Assembly: GCA_025786725.1 (NCBI GenBank)
Contig: JAHLTZ010000004.1
Span: 62,001-126,000, forward strand
Source: Syncephalis fuscata S228
Lineage: Eukaryota > Fungi > Zoopagomycota
DNA length: 64,000 bases
Reading direction: 5' to 3'
This document shows positions 63,523-64,000 of the stretch, in pieces. Under the pieces are notes generated by a model. The model did not search any database. It was given only the letters and a program-made list of their open reading frames with translations, and was not told the origin of the DNA. The position numbers and the translations under genes are program-made. Position 1 is the first letter of the stretch, and every line of letters starts with the position of its first letter.

Positions 63523-64000
63523 AACGAATAAAAAAAGAAAGATTAAAATGATGCGATAAATAGCAATAATCGATGCTGGTGTAAAAACTGATTGCAATTA
63601 ATAAAGATTAATTTAATTTGGATTGATTGTAATTGTTGATCCAAGACTTGCCATTATTTAAGCACATCAACTAATGGACTTTCGTACGCTTCGTAATCTA
63701 CTATATACTGTTTTATTTTCTTGTTTTATGCTAAGTATTGCTATTCTATCGGTTGCCTATTGCCTATTGCTATTTTCTTGTTTTACATTACATATTGCTC
63801 TTCTATTGGTTATCTATTGCATATTTCTCTTCTCTTTGTTTCATAATACATACTATTGACCAAATATTTCTATTAAAGCTGGGTGTTTTTAGTCTGCCAT
63901 TTATTATAATAAAACAATAGCGTCATCAAACTTTTATCGCCATTATTTGTATTTTTCTCTGACTTTGTATTTAACCCACCCAATCCAGTCGCCATGGATC

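Noticed and set aside
1-64000. CRISPR arrays, rRNA, tRNA genes, telomeric repeats
   Set aside because: None recognised by eye. A tRNAscan-SE or Infernal run would be needed to exclude small RNAs.

Overview
Eukaryotic, intron-rich fungal genomic DNA with short AT-rich GT-AG introns and CTAAC/CTAAT branch sites. The gene content suggests an early-diverging fungus, possibly a Zoopagales (Syncephalis-like) mycoparasite; this assignment is inference only. Housekeeping genes: class IV chitin synthase, dynamitin, UBA-ZnF-UBX protein, EME1, RIB7, complex I 49-kDa subunit, EFR3, CIA2 and mitochondrial uL15. Accessory genes: a signal-peptide kinase, a GPI-type YcnI copper-binding protein divergent from a ZIP transporter, a trypsin pseudogene, a PLA2-like secreted protein, an F-box protein and two degenerate DH-PH paralogs. 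The most striking feature is an intact, apparently very young 7.2-kb Ty3/gypsy LTR retrotransposon (9671-16907, minus strand). It has 664-bp LTRs with no visible mismatch, an ATAT target-site duplication and a -1 gag/pol frameshift site. An intact dUTPase is fused after RNase H, and the integrase is a separate ORF behind an in-frame TAG-TCT-TAA-ATG junction. The element sits at the centre of a palindromic target. Several conserved genes carry single-base frameshifts that look like assembly errors. All coordinates and alignments were read by eye.
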